In this document: positions 34,937 to 44,833 of the stretch, in pieces
Layout: each line of letters starts with the position of its first letter
How positions within the stretch are numbered: the stretch's first letter is position 1
IMG/VR virus record: IMGVR_UViG_2617271008_000003
Span: 1-64,000 of that record
Direction: 5' to 3' (one strand)
Length of the DNA: 64,000 nt
Source: a virus
Made by a program: the position numbers and the translations under genes
The notes under the pieces: generated by a model
Database searches by the model: none
The model's input: only the letters and a program-made list of their open reading frames with translations
Told to the model about the DNA's origin: nothing

Positions 34937-35012
34937 GCCGGTTTAGCTCATCAGGTAGAGCGACGGATTTGTAATCCGTAGGCGGTGGGTTCGAGCCCTA
35001 CAGCCGGCACCA
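34937..35012 (+). tRNA. tRNA-Thr (anticodon TGT)
   Basis: Folds as a canonical cloverleaf: 7-bp acceptor, D stem GCTC/GAGC, anticodon stem ACGGA/TCCGT with loop TTTGTAA, T loop TTCGAGC, CCA encoded. Confidence 0.85.
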
Positions 35013-35141
35013 GAATTTCCGGTCTGAACCCGGCGCGATCGGTGGAAAGCCGATCAAGGGGTAGCCCACTGTGCGGGCATCGATGGAAGTGGCGATGTTA
35101 AATGAGCCGCCCCCGGACGCGGCTACCACAACACCATATAC

Positions 35142-35234
35142 GGAAGAGTTAGCCGAATCGGCATAGCGGCAGCGGTCTTGAAAACCGAAGGCCCAGTAAT
35201 GGGTGTGTGAGTTCGAGTCTCACCTCTTCCGCCA
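35142..35234 (+). tRNA. tRNA-Ser (anticodon TGA), type II with long variable arm
   Basis: Perfect 7-bp acceptor GGAAGAG/CTCTTCC, T arm GTGAG-TTCGAGT-CTCAC, anticodon loop CTTGAAA, variable stem GCCCA/TGGGT, CCA encoded. The D arm is slightly irregular. Confidence 0.6.
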
Positions 35235-35239
35235 TCTAT

Positions 35240-35329
35240 GGAAGGTTGCCAGAGAGGCAATGGGTCGGCTTGCTAAGCCGTAGCCGATGCGTAAGCGTCG
35301 CGTGCGTTCGATCCGCACGCCTTCCGCCA
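35240..35329 (+). tRNA. tRNA-Ser (anticodon GCT), type II
   Basis: Acceptor GGAAGGT/GCCTTCC, D stem CCA/TGG, anticodon loop TTGCTAA, T arm GTGCG-TTCGATC-CGCAC, CCA encoded. Confidence 0.6.
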
Positions 35330-35382
35330 CTAAATCGGCCGCGCGATCAGGCGGCCGATGGGCCATAACTGGCAAGAACAAT

Positions 35383-35461
35383 TCCGCGAAATCCGAGCTT
35401 GGTGCACGGACCTGACTGTTAATCAGAGATTAGCTGAGTTCGATCCTCAGACGCGGAGCCA
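35383..35461 (+). tRNA. tRNA-Asn-like (anticodon GTT), possibly degenerate
   Basis: T arm CTGAG-TTCGATC-CTCAG, anticodon loop CTGTTAA, 6 of 7 acceptor pairs, CCA encoded. Overlaps and argues against ORF 35358-35639. Confidence 0.45.
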
Positions 35462-35684
35462 TTTACTAATCCGGATGGCGGCAGGAGCATGGGCGGTGCC
35501 CTTCCTGTTTGCCTGCCGGACCTTCACGCATGCGCTCTTATGCTTCTGCCCCGGCGGAGGCTTCAGTCGGCCGACAGAGAACGCAGTCGTGAAGGCAAAA
35601 CAGAATCGGCCGCGCACTGCGATGGCAGCCTACGGGTAAGTGGGCCGAGAGTTGAACCTTCTTCATTTCGCACAGGGAGCGAGC

Positions 35685-35870
35685 ATGCATTTGACATCTG
35701 ACGACAAAAGCAACGTTATCGGTCTAGCAGCCGCAGCAGCGGCCGAATGGGCCAAAGAAAACGTCAAACGTGGATCTATCGTTGATGGTCCGTCCGACAA
35801 AAGCATTGGGGAAAAGATTGGCGAGATTGTGGCCAACGCCGCCCTTAGCGCCGCGGAGCTGCTGAAGTAA
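35685..35870 (+). CDS. Hypothetical small protein
   Basis: 61 aa from the internal ATG. Alanine-rich. Confidence 0.3.
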   Translation: MHLTSDDKSNVIGLAAAAAAEWAKENVKRGSIVDGPSDKSIGEKIGEIVANAALSAAELLK

Positions 35871-35877
35871 TTCGAAT

Positions 35878-35953
35878 TGCGGGTGTAAGCCAACGGTAGA
35901 CAGCGAGGCTCATAACCTCGAAGCAGCCAGTTCGACTCTGGCCCCCGCAACCA
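35878..35953 (+). tRNA. tRNA-like sequence (anticodon CAT, Met/Ile-like) with defective D arm
   Basis: Good T arm GCCAG-TTCGACT-CTGGC, anticodon stem CGAGG/CCTCG with loop CTCATAA, acceptor 6 of 7 pairs, CCA encoded. The D stem does not pair. Confidence 0.3.
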
Positions 35954-36042
35954 AAATCACCGCCGGCTAAGGCTATTCAGCCATCCATAGCCGCTCGCCG
36001 TGCAACGCGGCATGCCGGGAAACCGGCACTCATTCTTAAGCC

Positions 36043-36402
36043 ATGGCCTATCCCAGCAATCAGAACAACGCTGCCGGTGCGATTCCAGTGTATATCGTGT
36101 CGCAGCCTGGGAATGGTCCGTGGCCGAACGTGCAAAGCAATGCGTCAGGAGCCATCCCGGTCGTGTTCGTAGCCCAGCCAGGAGCTGGGCCGTATCCGAA
36201 CGATCAATCAAAGGCCGCTGGAGCAATCCCGGTCCGCGTCGTGAGTGCTCCGACAGGCGCCGGGCCATTCCCGAACAGCCAAGGTCAGGATGGCGGCGCT
36301 ATCCCCATCTGGGACGCTACCACGCTTGAGGCGCACGCCACGGCGTATCCGAATGCGCAGAATGTGGCAGGCGGCGCTATTCCTGTTTGGCGGGTTAATT
36401 GA
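36043..36402 (+). CDS. Tandem-repeat protein (4-5 copies of ~25 aa unit N..AGAIPV.(V/I).S.PG.GP.PN)
   Basis: Units PSNQNNAAGAIPVYIVSQPGNGPWPNV, QSNASGAIPVVFVAQPGAGPYPND, QSKAAGAIPVRVVSAPTGAGPFPNS, QGQDGGAIPIWD..., QNVAGGAIPVWRVN. Confidence 0.5.
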   Translation: MAYPSNQNNAAGAIPVYIVSQPGNGPWPNVQSNASGAIPVVFVAQPGAGPYPNDQSKAAGAIPVRVVSAPTGAGPFPNSQGQDGGAIPIWDATTLEAHATAYPNAQNVAGGAIPVWRVN

Positions 36403-36441
36403 GTGAAATTCTCCGGGCAGTTGCGCCCCTGAGAGAAATGA

Positions 36442-37098
36442 ATGCCAAAGCAAAAGCGGGAATCTGAGCGAAAAGCTTTCGCTGATCGTCCTAAACCTCC
36501 GGAATCTTTGTTTGATGCCGGGAACTGGTTCCGGCGATTCATGCCGGCAGATGGGGTGCTGGATTGGGTAAGCCGCACGCTTCTTACAGAGGGTTCGTCT
36601 TTGTACAACCCAGATCATTTCCATCTCAAGGATGCCGACATTGAGTTTCTATGGGCGGCGCAAGAGAACTCAAGCAAGATGCGTCGCGTCGTCGGCCAAT
36701 GCGAAGAAGTTACCTTTCGTTGTGGGGCGTGGCAAAAAGGGCGCCAAGAGCAACAGATGCATGAGTGGTTCGGGCGCGTCCCGACCTATCTCATCACGCT
36801 CGATGCGATGTATGTGGCTGAGTGTTCGGATATCGAATGGTGCGCGCTGATCGAACATGAGCTTTATCACATAGGCCATCGTACTGATGAGTTCGGCGCG
36901 CCAGCATTCACGAAGGAAGGATTGCCGAAACTCGGCATCCGCGGGCACGACGTCGAGGAATTCGTTGGCATCGTCCGGCGATATGGCATCGGCGCAGGCG
37001 AAACAGCCAAACTCATCGAGGCATCACGGCGCGCTCCAGAGTTCGGCCAACTCAACATTGCGCAGGCTTGCGGGACTTGCCTGTTGCGCGCGGCTTAA
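36442..37098 (+). CDS. HExxH-motif putative metallopeptidase
   Basis: HELYH zinc-binding motif. 218 aa. Upstream of the packaging genes. Confidence 0.45.
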   Translation: MPKQKRESERKAFADRPKPPESLFDAGNWFRRFMPADGVLDWVSRTLLTEGSSLYNPDHFHLKDADIEFLWAAQENSSKMRRVVGQCEEVTFRCGAWQKGRQEQQMHEWFGRVPTYLITLDAMYVAECSDIEWCALIEHELYHIGHRTDEFGAPAFTKEGLPKLGIRGHDVEEFVGIVRRYGIGAGETAKLIEASRRAPEFGQLNIAQACGTCLLRAA

Positions 37099-37117
37099 CT
37101 GATCACAGGGGATCAGC

Positions 37118-37381
37118 ATGGATACACAGGATTTTGGTGGAGAACCTATCGCCCCGGTCGTCGCAGGACTCGCCGCCAAGACATGGGCCATCGTGCAGTT
37201 TTTTGCCTACATGATCCCCGATGAGGATCGAAGTAAGGTCGATTTCAATGCGACTGCCAAGGCAATTAAAGTGGTTGAGGCAGCGGCCGTGGGCAAGCCT
37301 GGGAATGAGTCGTCGCACGACCAACTTTCTGCCATTCTCGAAGTGTTGAGTGCGTACTACGACTGGCGCGTTAACGTCTGA
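37118..37381 (+). CDS. Hypothetical phage protein
   Basis: 87 aa ORF. Confidence 0.35.
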   Translation: MDTQDFGGEPIAPVVAGLAAKTWAIVQFFAYMIPDEDRSKVDFNATAKAIKVVEAAAVGKPGNESSHDQLSAILEVLSAYYDWRVNV

Positions 37382-37417
37382 CCCTACTTTCCCTCTACTT
37401 ATACAAGATTCCACATT

Positions 37418-37900
37418 ATGGCAACGCTCAAAGATGACGTGAAAGCGTTCATCGTTCGGGCGCTGGCGTGTTTCGATTCCCCCACCGATGTTTGTCGGCA
37501 AGTCAAAGAGGAATTCGGCATTGAAGTCACGCGCCAGCAAGTCTCGGCGTATGACCCGAATCGGCGTATCGCGAAGGATCTCAGCGACAAATGGCGACTA
37601 ATCTTCGAAGAGACCCGCAAGAAGTTTCTGGCCGACGTGTCGACCATTCCCATCGCTAGTCAGGCATTCCGTCTCCGCGCACTGAATCGGATGTATGAGC
37701 GTGTCCAAGGTCAGGGAAACATGGCGCTGGCCGCTCAATTGATTGAACAGGCCGCCAAAGAATCGGGTGGCGCATTCACCAATCGTCGGGAAATGACTGG
37801 CAAAGATGGTTCTCCTTTGATCCCGACGAATCCACAAGAAATGACCGATGAACAACTCGCTGCCATCGCCGCAACAGGCAGCGCGCGAGCTGCTGATTAG
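37418..37900 (+). CDS. Putative terminase small subunit (DUF2280-like)
   Basis: 160 aa protein immediately upstream of, and overlapping, the large terminase. N-terminal DNA-binding-like region. Confidence 0.45.
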   Translation: MATLKDDVKAFIVRALACFDSPTDVCRQVKEEFGIEVTRQQVSAYDPNRRIAKDLSDKWRLIFEETRKKFLADVSTIPIASQAFRLRALNRMYERVQGQGNMALAAQLIEQAAKESGGAFTNRREMTGKDGSPLIPTNPQEMTDEQLAAIAATGSARAAD

Positions 37901-39392
37901 GAGGAAGGCCCGGGATAGCGTTCTCGATTACGCGAACGCTATTGAAATCCCGGGTAAGCCTGCTGGCGAAGATCCGGATACGGAATTCTTCGAGCTTATC
38001 GAAACGACGATGGCTCAGCATCATCGCCTCATCCTTGAGACGATGGAGCGCATCAGCAAGACGCCGCACGGCCGGGCAATGTTCTTCATGCCGCCTGGCT
38101 CGGCTAAGAGCACGTATGCATCGGTTGTATTCCCTTCTCGTTACTTAGGAGCGGAGAAGAACCGCAAGGTCATTTTGGCCAGCTACGGCGATGACCTGGC
38201 GCGCAAGATGGGTCGCCGCACGCGGTCGATCATCAAGCAGAAGCGGTTCAAAGGAATTTTCGGCTGCGAACTGACTGCCGAATCGTCGGCGGCGCAAGAG
38301 TTTTCGCTGACTAACGGTAGTGAGTACATCGCGACCGGCATTCTCGGTGGCGTGACCGGCAACCGAGCGAACGGCATCATCATCGATGATCCGGTCAAGG
38401 GTCGCGAACAAGCCGACTCGCCGACGATTCGCGATAAGACGTGGGACGCCTATAACGACGATCTGAAGACTCGTCTTATCCCTGGCGGCTGGGTGGTCAT
38501 CATCCAGACGCGCTGGCATGAAGATGATCTTGCTGGCCGCATTTTGCCGGAAGACTGGAAAGGCGAGTCCGGGCCGATCCTCTGTCGCGACGGGAATGTC
38601 TGGGAGGTTGTGTGCCTCCAGGCCCGATGCGAGGTGCAGAACGATCCGCTCGGCCGGAAAATCGGCGAATACCTCTGGCCGCAATGGTTCAGCGAAAAAC
38701 ATTGGGCGCAGTTCGAGAGCAATGTCCGCACGTGGGCATCGCTCTATCAACAGTTGCCCAGGCCGCTCGAAGGAACGCTATTCAAGGTCGAAAACATGCT
38801 GGTCAATGGGGCACCGATCCCATGGCCGCAACGATGCGATTACGTCTTTGCCGTGATGGATTCCGCACTGAAAGCGGGAGACAAAAACGATGGCACAGGC
38901 GTGACCTACTTCGCCCGCAACAGACATATCGGTCACAAGCTGATCATACTCGATTGGGACATCACGCAGATTGAAAGCGATCTGATCGCCGAGTGGTTCC
39001 CCAATGTCATGTCGCGCGTGGAAGAGTTAGCGAGGCTTTGCGGGGCTCGCATGGGCAGCGCTGGCAGCTTCGTAGAGGATAAGGGCAGTGGTATCACCCT
39101 CCTTCAACGAGCTGCACGCAGCGGCTGGCCTGCGCAGGCGATCGACAGCAAATTGACCTCGATGAGCAAGGATGCTCGGGGCACTGGCGTTTCGGACTTT
39201 GTCCATTGCGGCGATGTGAAGATCAGCGAGCACGCATACAACAAGATCGTTGAATACAAAGGCCGCTCGCAAAACCATTTCCTGAGCCAATTCTTCGGGT
39301 ATCGGCTCGGCATTCCCAATCAGTCCGATGACCTGTACGACACGGGCGTCTACGGCATAGCAATTGGCCTCGGAGATAGCGACGGCCTCTGA
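37848..39392 (+). CDS. terL: Terminase large subunit
   Basis: 514 aa. ATPase P-loop FMPPGSAKSTYAS. C-terminal nuclease region with conserved acidic residues. Confidence 0.8.
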   Translation: MNNSLPSPQQAARELLIRRKARDSVLDYANAIEIPGKPAGEDPDTEFFELIETTMAQHHRLILETMERISKTPHGRAMFFMPPGSAKSTYASVVFPSRYLGAEKNRKVILASYGDDLARKMGRRTRSIIKQKRFKGIFGCELTAESSAAQEFSLTNGSEYIATGILGGVTGNRANGIIIDDPVKGREQADSPTIRDKTWDAYNDDLKTRLIPGGWVVIIQTRWHEDDLAGRILPEDWKGESGPILCRDGNVWEVVCLQARCEVQNDPLGRKIGEYLWPQWFSEKHWAQFESNVRTWASLYQQLPRPLEGTLFKVENMLVNGAPIPWPQRCDYVFAVMDSALKAGDKNDGTGVTYFARNRHIGHKLIILDWDITQIESDLIAEWFPNVMSRVEELARLCGARMGSAGSFVEDKGSGITLLQRAARSGWPAQAIDSKLTSMSKDARGTGVSDFVHCGDVKISEHAYNKIVEYKGRSQNHFLSQFFGYRLGIPNQSDDLYDTGVYGIAIGLGDSDGL

Positions 39393-39403
39393 TAAATACC
39401 CTC

Positions 39404-39586
39404 ATGGCAGAAATCACCATTTCCGGTTCGACGCTCTCATCGAGCCTGATGGATCTGCTCGGTGCCGATGACATCGTGCCAGGCTCGGAGCCGAGCTACC
39501 AGCTTTGCAAGACGATCTACGTGAGCCATCCGCTCGGCGGCAAGATCGTAGATCAACCGATCAAGCTGGCAATGAGCCAGAAGCGG
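39404..39586 (+). pseudogene. Portal protein gene, N-terminal fragment (interrupted by IS3-family element)
   Basis: 61 codons, then the IS insertion brings a stop 7 codons later. Same frame as the C-terminal part at 40790-42022. Confidence 0.6.
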
Positions 39587-39610
39587 GGTAGTCCCCCCAA
39601 GAATTAACGG

Positions 39611-39925
39611 GTGTTCAAGGTAGAATTTTCTAGCAGCAGGATCGACAGGAAATTTTGCATGAAGACGTCCAGATTCACGGAAAGCCAGATCATCGGGATT
39701 TTGAAACAGGCCGAAGCCGGAACACCCGTGCCGGAGTTGTGCCGCGAGCACGGGATGAGCAGCGCGAGCTTCTACAAATGGCGCTCGAAATACGGCGGCA
39801 TGGACGCGGCGCTGATGACCCGGATGAAGGAGCTTGAAGCGGAGAACGCGAGGCTCAAGAAGATGTACGCCGAAGAACGACTCAAGGCCGAAGTGGTGCG
39901 TGAGGCGCTCGAAAAAAAGTGGTGA
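39611..39925 (+). CDS. IS3-family transposase OrfA (HTH)
   Basis: [47 protein letters not shown] is a classic IS3 OrfA. Confidence 0.9.
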   Translation: MFKVEFSSSRIDRKFCMKTSRFTESQIIGILKQAEAGTPVPELCREHGMSSASFYKWRSKYGGMDAALMTRMKELEAENARLKKMYAEERLKAEVVREALEKKW

Positions 39926-40746
39926 GGCCATCTCGTCGGCGCGAGATGGCCATGCGTGCTGTCAAGGATCGGGCGATGAGCGTACGGGCGGCCTGTGAGG
40001 CGTTTGGCGTGAGCGAGACCTGCTACCGCTACCAGGCAAAGCGCTGCCCGGAAAACGGGGTGATCGCCGAGTGGCTTGTGAAACTCACGCATAACCAGCG
40101 CAACTGGGGCTTTGGCCTATGCTTCCTGTACCTGCGCAACGTGAAGGGCTTCGTCTGGAATCACAAACGCGTTTACCGCATCTATCGCGAACTGGAACTG
40201 AATCTGCGGATCAAGCCACGCAAACGACTGATGCGTGAGCAACCGGAACCACTGGCCGTGCCGCAGGCACTGAACGAGTGCTGGTCAATGGATTTCATGC
40301 ACGATCAGCTTGCCGATGGGCGTAGCATCCGGCTGTTCAACGTGATTGACGACTTCAACCGGGAAGGCCTGTGCATCGAGGTGGACTTCTCGTTGCCGGC
40401 GCTACGTGTTATCCGGTCCCTGGATCAGGTGATCGAATGGCGCGGCAAGCCGCTGAAGATCCGCTGCGACAACGGACCGGAATATGTCAGCGATGCGCTC
40501 AGGGACTGGGCCGCTCGACGCGGCATCGTTCTGCAGTTTATCCAGCCCGGCAAGCCACAACAGAACGCGTACATCGAGCGTTACAACAAAACGGTTCGAT
40601 ACGACTGGCTCGCCCATTACCTCTTCGAGACCGTGGCCGACGTTCAGGAGTATGCGACGAAGTGGCTGTGGTCATACAATCACGAACGCCCGAACACGGC
40701 CATTGGCGGCGTACCGCCGAAACAGAAGTTGCTTATCGCGCCATAA
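39919..40746 (+). CDS. IS3-family transposase OrfB (DDE integrase core)
   Basis: DDE region ..[27 protein letters not shown]. Overlaps orfA in the -1 frame at the A6G motif. Confidence 0.9.
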   Translation: MVRPSRRREMAMRAVKDRAMSVRAACEAFGVSETCYRYQAKRCPENGVIAEWLVKLTHNQRNWGFGLCFLYLRNVKGFVWNHKRVYRIYRELELNLRIKPRKRLMREQPEPLAVPQALNECWSMDFMHDQLADGRSIRLFNVIDDFNREGLCIEVDFSLPALRVIRSLDQVIEWRGKPLKIRCDNGPEYVSDALRDWAARRGIVLQFIQPGKPQQNAYIERYNKTVRYDWLAHYLFETVADVQEYATKWLWSYNHERPNTAIGGVPPKQKLLIAP

Positions 40747-40789
40747 CCTCTACTTCTGACCGCCGTTAAAAACGGGGGGACTACCGCGG

Positions 40790-42022
40790 AAGATCTCAAT
40801 TCCTGGCGGCCCGGAGGAACGCATCCGCGAAGCCTTCGAACGCAAGTGGAAGGAGATCAACGCCGATGCCTATATCGCCAACACATGGCGACTAGCGAAG
40901 ATTTACGGTGCTTCCGCGATCGTCTACGGCGCGAAGGATGTTGAAACCAATCAGCCGATTGCGCCCGAGGAACTGGCAAAGCTTCAGTTGTACTTCAACG
41001 CGCTTGATCCGCTGAACACGGCAGGCTCGCTGGTGCTGAACCAAGATCCGAACGCGCCCGACTTTCAGAAGCCGACCATCGTTACCGCTGCGGGCCAGAC
41101 ATATCACCCGTCGCGCTCTCTCGTGTTCTTCAACGAAGCCCCGCTATACATCGAGTACACCAACTCGGCATATGGCTACACGGGTCGCTCGGTCTATCAG
41201 CGCGCGCTTTACCCGCTGAAATCCTTCGTGCAAACGATGGTCGCGGACGATATGGTCTCGCGCAAGGCTGGCGTCATCGTAGCCAAGATGAAGCAGGCTG
41301 GGTCGATCGCCGATCGCGCGATGGCCGTGCTCCAGGGCATTAAGCGAAACGTCGTCAAGGAAGCGCAGACCAACAACGTCATCAACATCACGCCAGAAGA
41401 AGACATTGATACGCTGAACTTGATGAACGTTGACAAGGCGTTGGCCGGGTCGCGAAAAAACATTCTTGAGAACATCGCAGCGGCTGTCCCTCAGCCCGCC
41501 AAGCTGCTGAACTCGGAATCGTATGCCGAGGGGTTTGGCGAAGGCACTGAGGACGCGAAAGAAATCGTGCGCTACATCGAGCATGAGCGTCAGATGGTTC
41601 AACCGCTATACGAATTCTTCGACAACATCGTCATGCGCCTGGCATGGAACGAGGAATTCTTTGCCGCGCTCCAAACGGCTCTTCCTGAATACAAGAAGTT
41701 GACCTACAACGATGCGTTCTACCAATGGAAGAACGCATTCGTCGCCGAGTGGCCGTCGCTTCTCGTTGAGCCTGAGAGCGAGTTGGTCAAGGTCGATGAC
41801 GTCAAGCTCAAGGCACTCATTGCTGCGGTCGAAGTGCTGAATCCGAATCTCGATCCGGCCAATAAAGCGCATGTCATCCAGTGGTTCGAAGACAACCTCA
41901 ACGACATCAAGCATCTGTTCTCCAACCCGATGACTCTTGATTACGAGTCGTTGAAAGACTACGTGCCGCCTGAGTCCACTGGAGAACCAAGCGAGCCGGA
42001 ACCGTTCAATTCGAAAGTCTGA
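40790..42022 (+). pseudogene. Portal protein gene, C-terminal portion (open frame resumes immediately after the IS)
   Basis: The frame is open from the IS junction (KISIPGGPEERIRE...) into the ORF-track ORF 40988-42022. Followed by a MuF-like gene, as in Mu-like head modules. Confidence 0.6.
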
Positions 42023-42852
42023 TGGCTGAATCCTTCTACTCCGTCGTCACTGATGCGATCCGCGATTTCGAGGAAAACGGATTCGACAGCGCCGAGCGAT
42101 TGCAGTATTGGGTCGAGCGAATCCGATCGGCTGCCGTCGCTTCGATGACGCCTGAGAGTGTGCTCAACGAAACACTGACACGCACACTCCAAGGCGTCTA
42201 TAAGAAGATGATCGACGGAGGACAGATTATCCGCACGCATTCTGGTGTGTCGCGGTTCACGGTTGATCGCCTGAAGCCTCAGCTTCGCGCCGAGCTAGAC
42301 CGTCGCATGATGGTCTCACGCAGTCTCATCAAGCTCAATCGTGAGCAGATGGTCGAGAAGACTGTACAGCGTTTCGCCGGCTGGGCGTCATCGATACCTG
42401 CCGGCGGCAGCCGGGCGATCGAGGTCAAGGAGGTGAAAGACAACCTCCGTAAAGCGCTCACTTCCCTGCCCTTCGAAGAGCGTCGCGTTCACATTGACCA
42501 AACCGCGAAATTCACTGCGGCCCTTAACGAAATCGTCGCCGTTGATAGTGGCGCGATCGCTGTGCAATGGAACATTCGACATTCAGCCGGCTATCACAAT
42601 CGTCCCGACCACAAAGAGCGCGAAGGGAAAATATATCTGCTTCGTTCAAGCTGGGCCAAGGATAAAGGGCTCGTGAAGCCAGGGCCTGCCGGCTACTACG
42701 ACGACGTTACCAGCTTCGGCGAAGAAGTCTTTTGCTCGTGCTTTGGCCGCTGGTTGTATTCCCTGCGCGACTTGCCCCCTGAAATGTTGACCCAAGCCGG
42801 TGAGAAAGCGCTGGCCGAGGCAAAAGCGAAGATCAAAGCGATGAGAGCATGA
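42022..42852 (+). CDS. Phage head morphogenesis protein (Mu F / SPP1 gp7 family)
   Basis: 276 aa directly after the portal, ATGA-coupled. Central ..[21 protein letters not shown].. region typical of MuF-like proteins. Confidence 0.55.
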   Translation: MAESFYSVVTDAIRDFEENGFDSAERLQYWVERIRSAAVASMTPESVLNETLTRTLQGVYKKMIDGGQIIRTHSGVSRFTVDRLKPQLRAELDRRMMVSRSLIKLNREQMVEKTVQRFAGWASSIPAGGSRAIEVKEVKDNLRKALTSLPFEERRVHIDQTAKFTAALNEIVAVDSGAIAVQWNIRHSAGYHNRPDHKEREGKIYLLRSSWAKDKGLVKPGPAGYYDDVTSFGEEVFCSCFGRWLYSLRDLPPEMLTQAGEKALAEAKAKIKAMRA

Positions 42853-42853
42853 C

Positions 42854-44767
42854 ATGCCATTAGAGAAAGGATCGTCCAATGCGACGGTCGGACACAACAT
42901 CGCAGAGCTGCGCAAAGCGGGCCACCCCGAAGACCAAAGCATCGCAATCGCAATGCGCGAAGCAGGTCGCAGCAAGGCGGATTCCGACAAGGTGAAAGCA
43001 GCCGGCGTGCTGATCGTCGCGGATGGCAATGTGCTGTTCCTGCGGCGCGGAAGCCGTGGCGATCATCCTGGCGAGTGGGCGTTTGCAGGTGGCCACATTG
43101 AGGACGGCGAGACGCCTGAAGAAGCCGCCCGGCGCGAGACGCAAGAAGAAACCGGATACGAGCCGCACAAGCTGATCGAGCTTGGCAAGTCGGATGATGG
43201 CGCAGTCGAATTCACGACGTTCTACAACGAGTCGCGACCTTTCGATGTCGCGCTGAGCGACGAGAGCACCGAATTCCTTTGGTCCCCGCTCGGATCGTGG
43301 CCCGAACCGTTGCATTCGGGATGTCGATTTGTACTGGAGTCCGATGCATTCAAGGCGGTCCGCAAAGCCCACATGACGGAGACGGACCTCGCGCGAGCGA
43401 TGGTCGCAGGCGAATATTCGTCGCCACAGTTCTTCCGGAACATGTGGCTTTTCGATATCCGCATCACCGGTACTGGCACTTCGTATCGATCCAAGGATAA
43501 CGAATACGTATATCGGCCTCCTGAGAATTATCTCAACGATGACTTCCTCGCTCGATGCAGTGGGCTTCCTGTAATCATTGACCATCCCGAGAAAGCAACA
43601 CTTGATTCGAAGGAGTTCGATGATCGTGTGGTAGGCACCGTACTTCTTCCCTATATCAAAGGGGATGAAGTGTGGGCCATATCTCGCATTTACGACAAGG
43701 CAACCGCGACTCTCATGTCGCAAGAACAGCTTTCCACGTCGCCATCCGTCGTATTCCGAAATCCAGATGTAGAAAACGCCACCGTGACCCTCGACGGTGG
43801 CCAAAAGCTGTTGATCGAGGGAAATCCAATCCTGCTCGACCATATCGCTATTTGCGAAGTCGGCGTGTGGGACAAGGGCAGATCGCCATATGGCGTATCC
43901 ACCACCAACGTTCAGGAACCTGAAATGACTGAAGAAGAGCGTAAGGCCAAGGCGGACGCCGAGGCGAAGGAAGAACTCGAAGCGCGCGCGAAGGCTGACG
44001 CTGAGGCCAAGGCGAAGGCTGACGCCGAAGAAGAAAAGGCGAAGGCTGATGCAGAAAAGTGGGACAAGCTGATGTCCGCAGTCGATTCGCTGAAGGCCGA
44101 TATGTGCGCCCGCATGGACGCGCTGGAAGGCAAGAAGGACGATGCTATGCCGGCCGATGAGCTGGCAGTTGACAAGGCTAAGGCCGATTCGGAAGCCGAA
44201 GAAAAGGCCGCCAAAGAGAAGGAAGCCGAGGCGGCCAAACTGAAGGCCGAAGCCAAGGAAGAAGAAGCCAAAGCAGATGCTGCCGCGCGTGAAAGCGCTC
44301 TGCTCGACCGCGTTGCTCAGCTCGAAAAGATGCTGGTTCAAACCGCTCAGCTCACGCCGAAGCCCCTGAGCGATGCAGACCATGCGGCATTCGCAGACGT
44401 GCAAGCCAAGGCCGATAGCATCTATTCGGCGTTCGGCAAGCAGGCATCGCGCGCGCTCAACGGCGAAGACGTGCTCGCCTATCGCAAGCGCCTCGCCGCT
44501 CCGATGAAGTCGCACAGCGCCGCATGGAAAGACGTCGACCTGTCGAAGCTCGATGCATCGGTGTTCGAAATCGCTGAAGCCGCGATTTACGCAGATGCGA
44601 TGGATGCTGCTATCCGACCGGTTGGTGCTGCCGAAGGTGGCCTGCGCGCCGTGACCAAGGATACCGGCACGGGCCATCGCGTCACGACCTTCTACGGCAA
44701 GCCGAGCGACTGGATGGACGACTTCCGGGCGCCGCGCATGAAAGCGCAACTTCGCCGAAGCCACTAA
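42854..44767 (+). CDS. NUDIX hydrolase domain fused to phage scaffold/prohead-like protein with Lys/Ala/Glu-rich coiled coil
   Basis: Nudix box [23 protein letters not shown] near the N-terminus. Long [23 protein letters not shown] low-complexity coiled coil in the C-terminal third. Position between MuF and capsid. Confidence 0.6.
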   Translation: MPLEKGSSNATVGHNIAELRKAGHPEDQSIAIAMREAGRSKADSDKVKAAGVLIVADGNVLFLRRGSRGDHPGEWAFAGGHIEDGETPEEAARRETQEETGYEPHKLIELGKSDDGAVEFTTFYNESRPFDVALSDESTEFLWSPLGSWPEPLHSGCRFVLESDAFKAVRKAHMTETDLARAMVAGEYSSPQFFRNMWLFDIRITGTGTSYRSKDNEYVYRPPENYLNDDFLARCSGLPVIIDHPEKATLDSKEFDDRVVGTVLLPYIKGDEVWAISRIYDKATATLMSQEQLSTSPSVVFRNPDVENATVTLDGGQKLLIEGNPILLDHIAICEVGVWDKGRSPYGVSTTNVQEPEMTEEERKAKADAEAKEELEARAKADAEAKAKADAEEEKAKADAEKWDKLMSAVDSLKADMCARMDALEGKKDDAMPADELAVDKAKADSEAEEKAAKEKEAEAAKLKAEAKEEEAKADAAARESALLDRVAQLEKMLVQTAQLTPKPLSDADHAAFADVQAKADSIYSAFGKQASRALNGEDVLAYRKRLAAPMKSHSAAWKDVDLSKLDASVFEIAEAAIYADAMDAAIRPVGAAEGGLRAVTKDTGTGHRVTTFYGKPSDWMDDFRAPRMKAQLRRSH

Positions 44768-44833
44768 GGCTAGTAGTCGCAAACACGAGGGCCGCCACTG
44801 CGCGGGCCTTTCTCATTTCTGGATAGGAAAATC

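Larger units (their letters stand above)
39587..40785 (+). mobile_element. IS3-family insertion sequence (1199 bp) with GCGG target-site duplication
   Basis: Terminal inverted repeats GGTAGTCCCCCC...GGGGGACTACC flanked by direct GCGG. orfA and orfB with an AAAAAAG frameshift motif. IS plus one TSD copy is 1203 bp, a multiple of 3. Confidence 0.8.

Noticed and set aside
35013-35141. Apparent 7-bp acceptor pairing GGTAGCC/GGCTACC between tRNA-Thr and tRNA-Ser suggesting another tRNA
   Set aside because: It has no TΨC loop. The only T-arm-like hairpin overlaps the acceptor 3' strand. Total length is ~69 nt. Not a credible tRNA; possibly a degraded remnant.
35358-35639. 93 aa ORF
   Set aside because: Overlaps the tRNA-Asn-like gene and the region downstream of the tRNA cluster. 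It has no SD. The translation is low-complexity.
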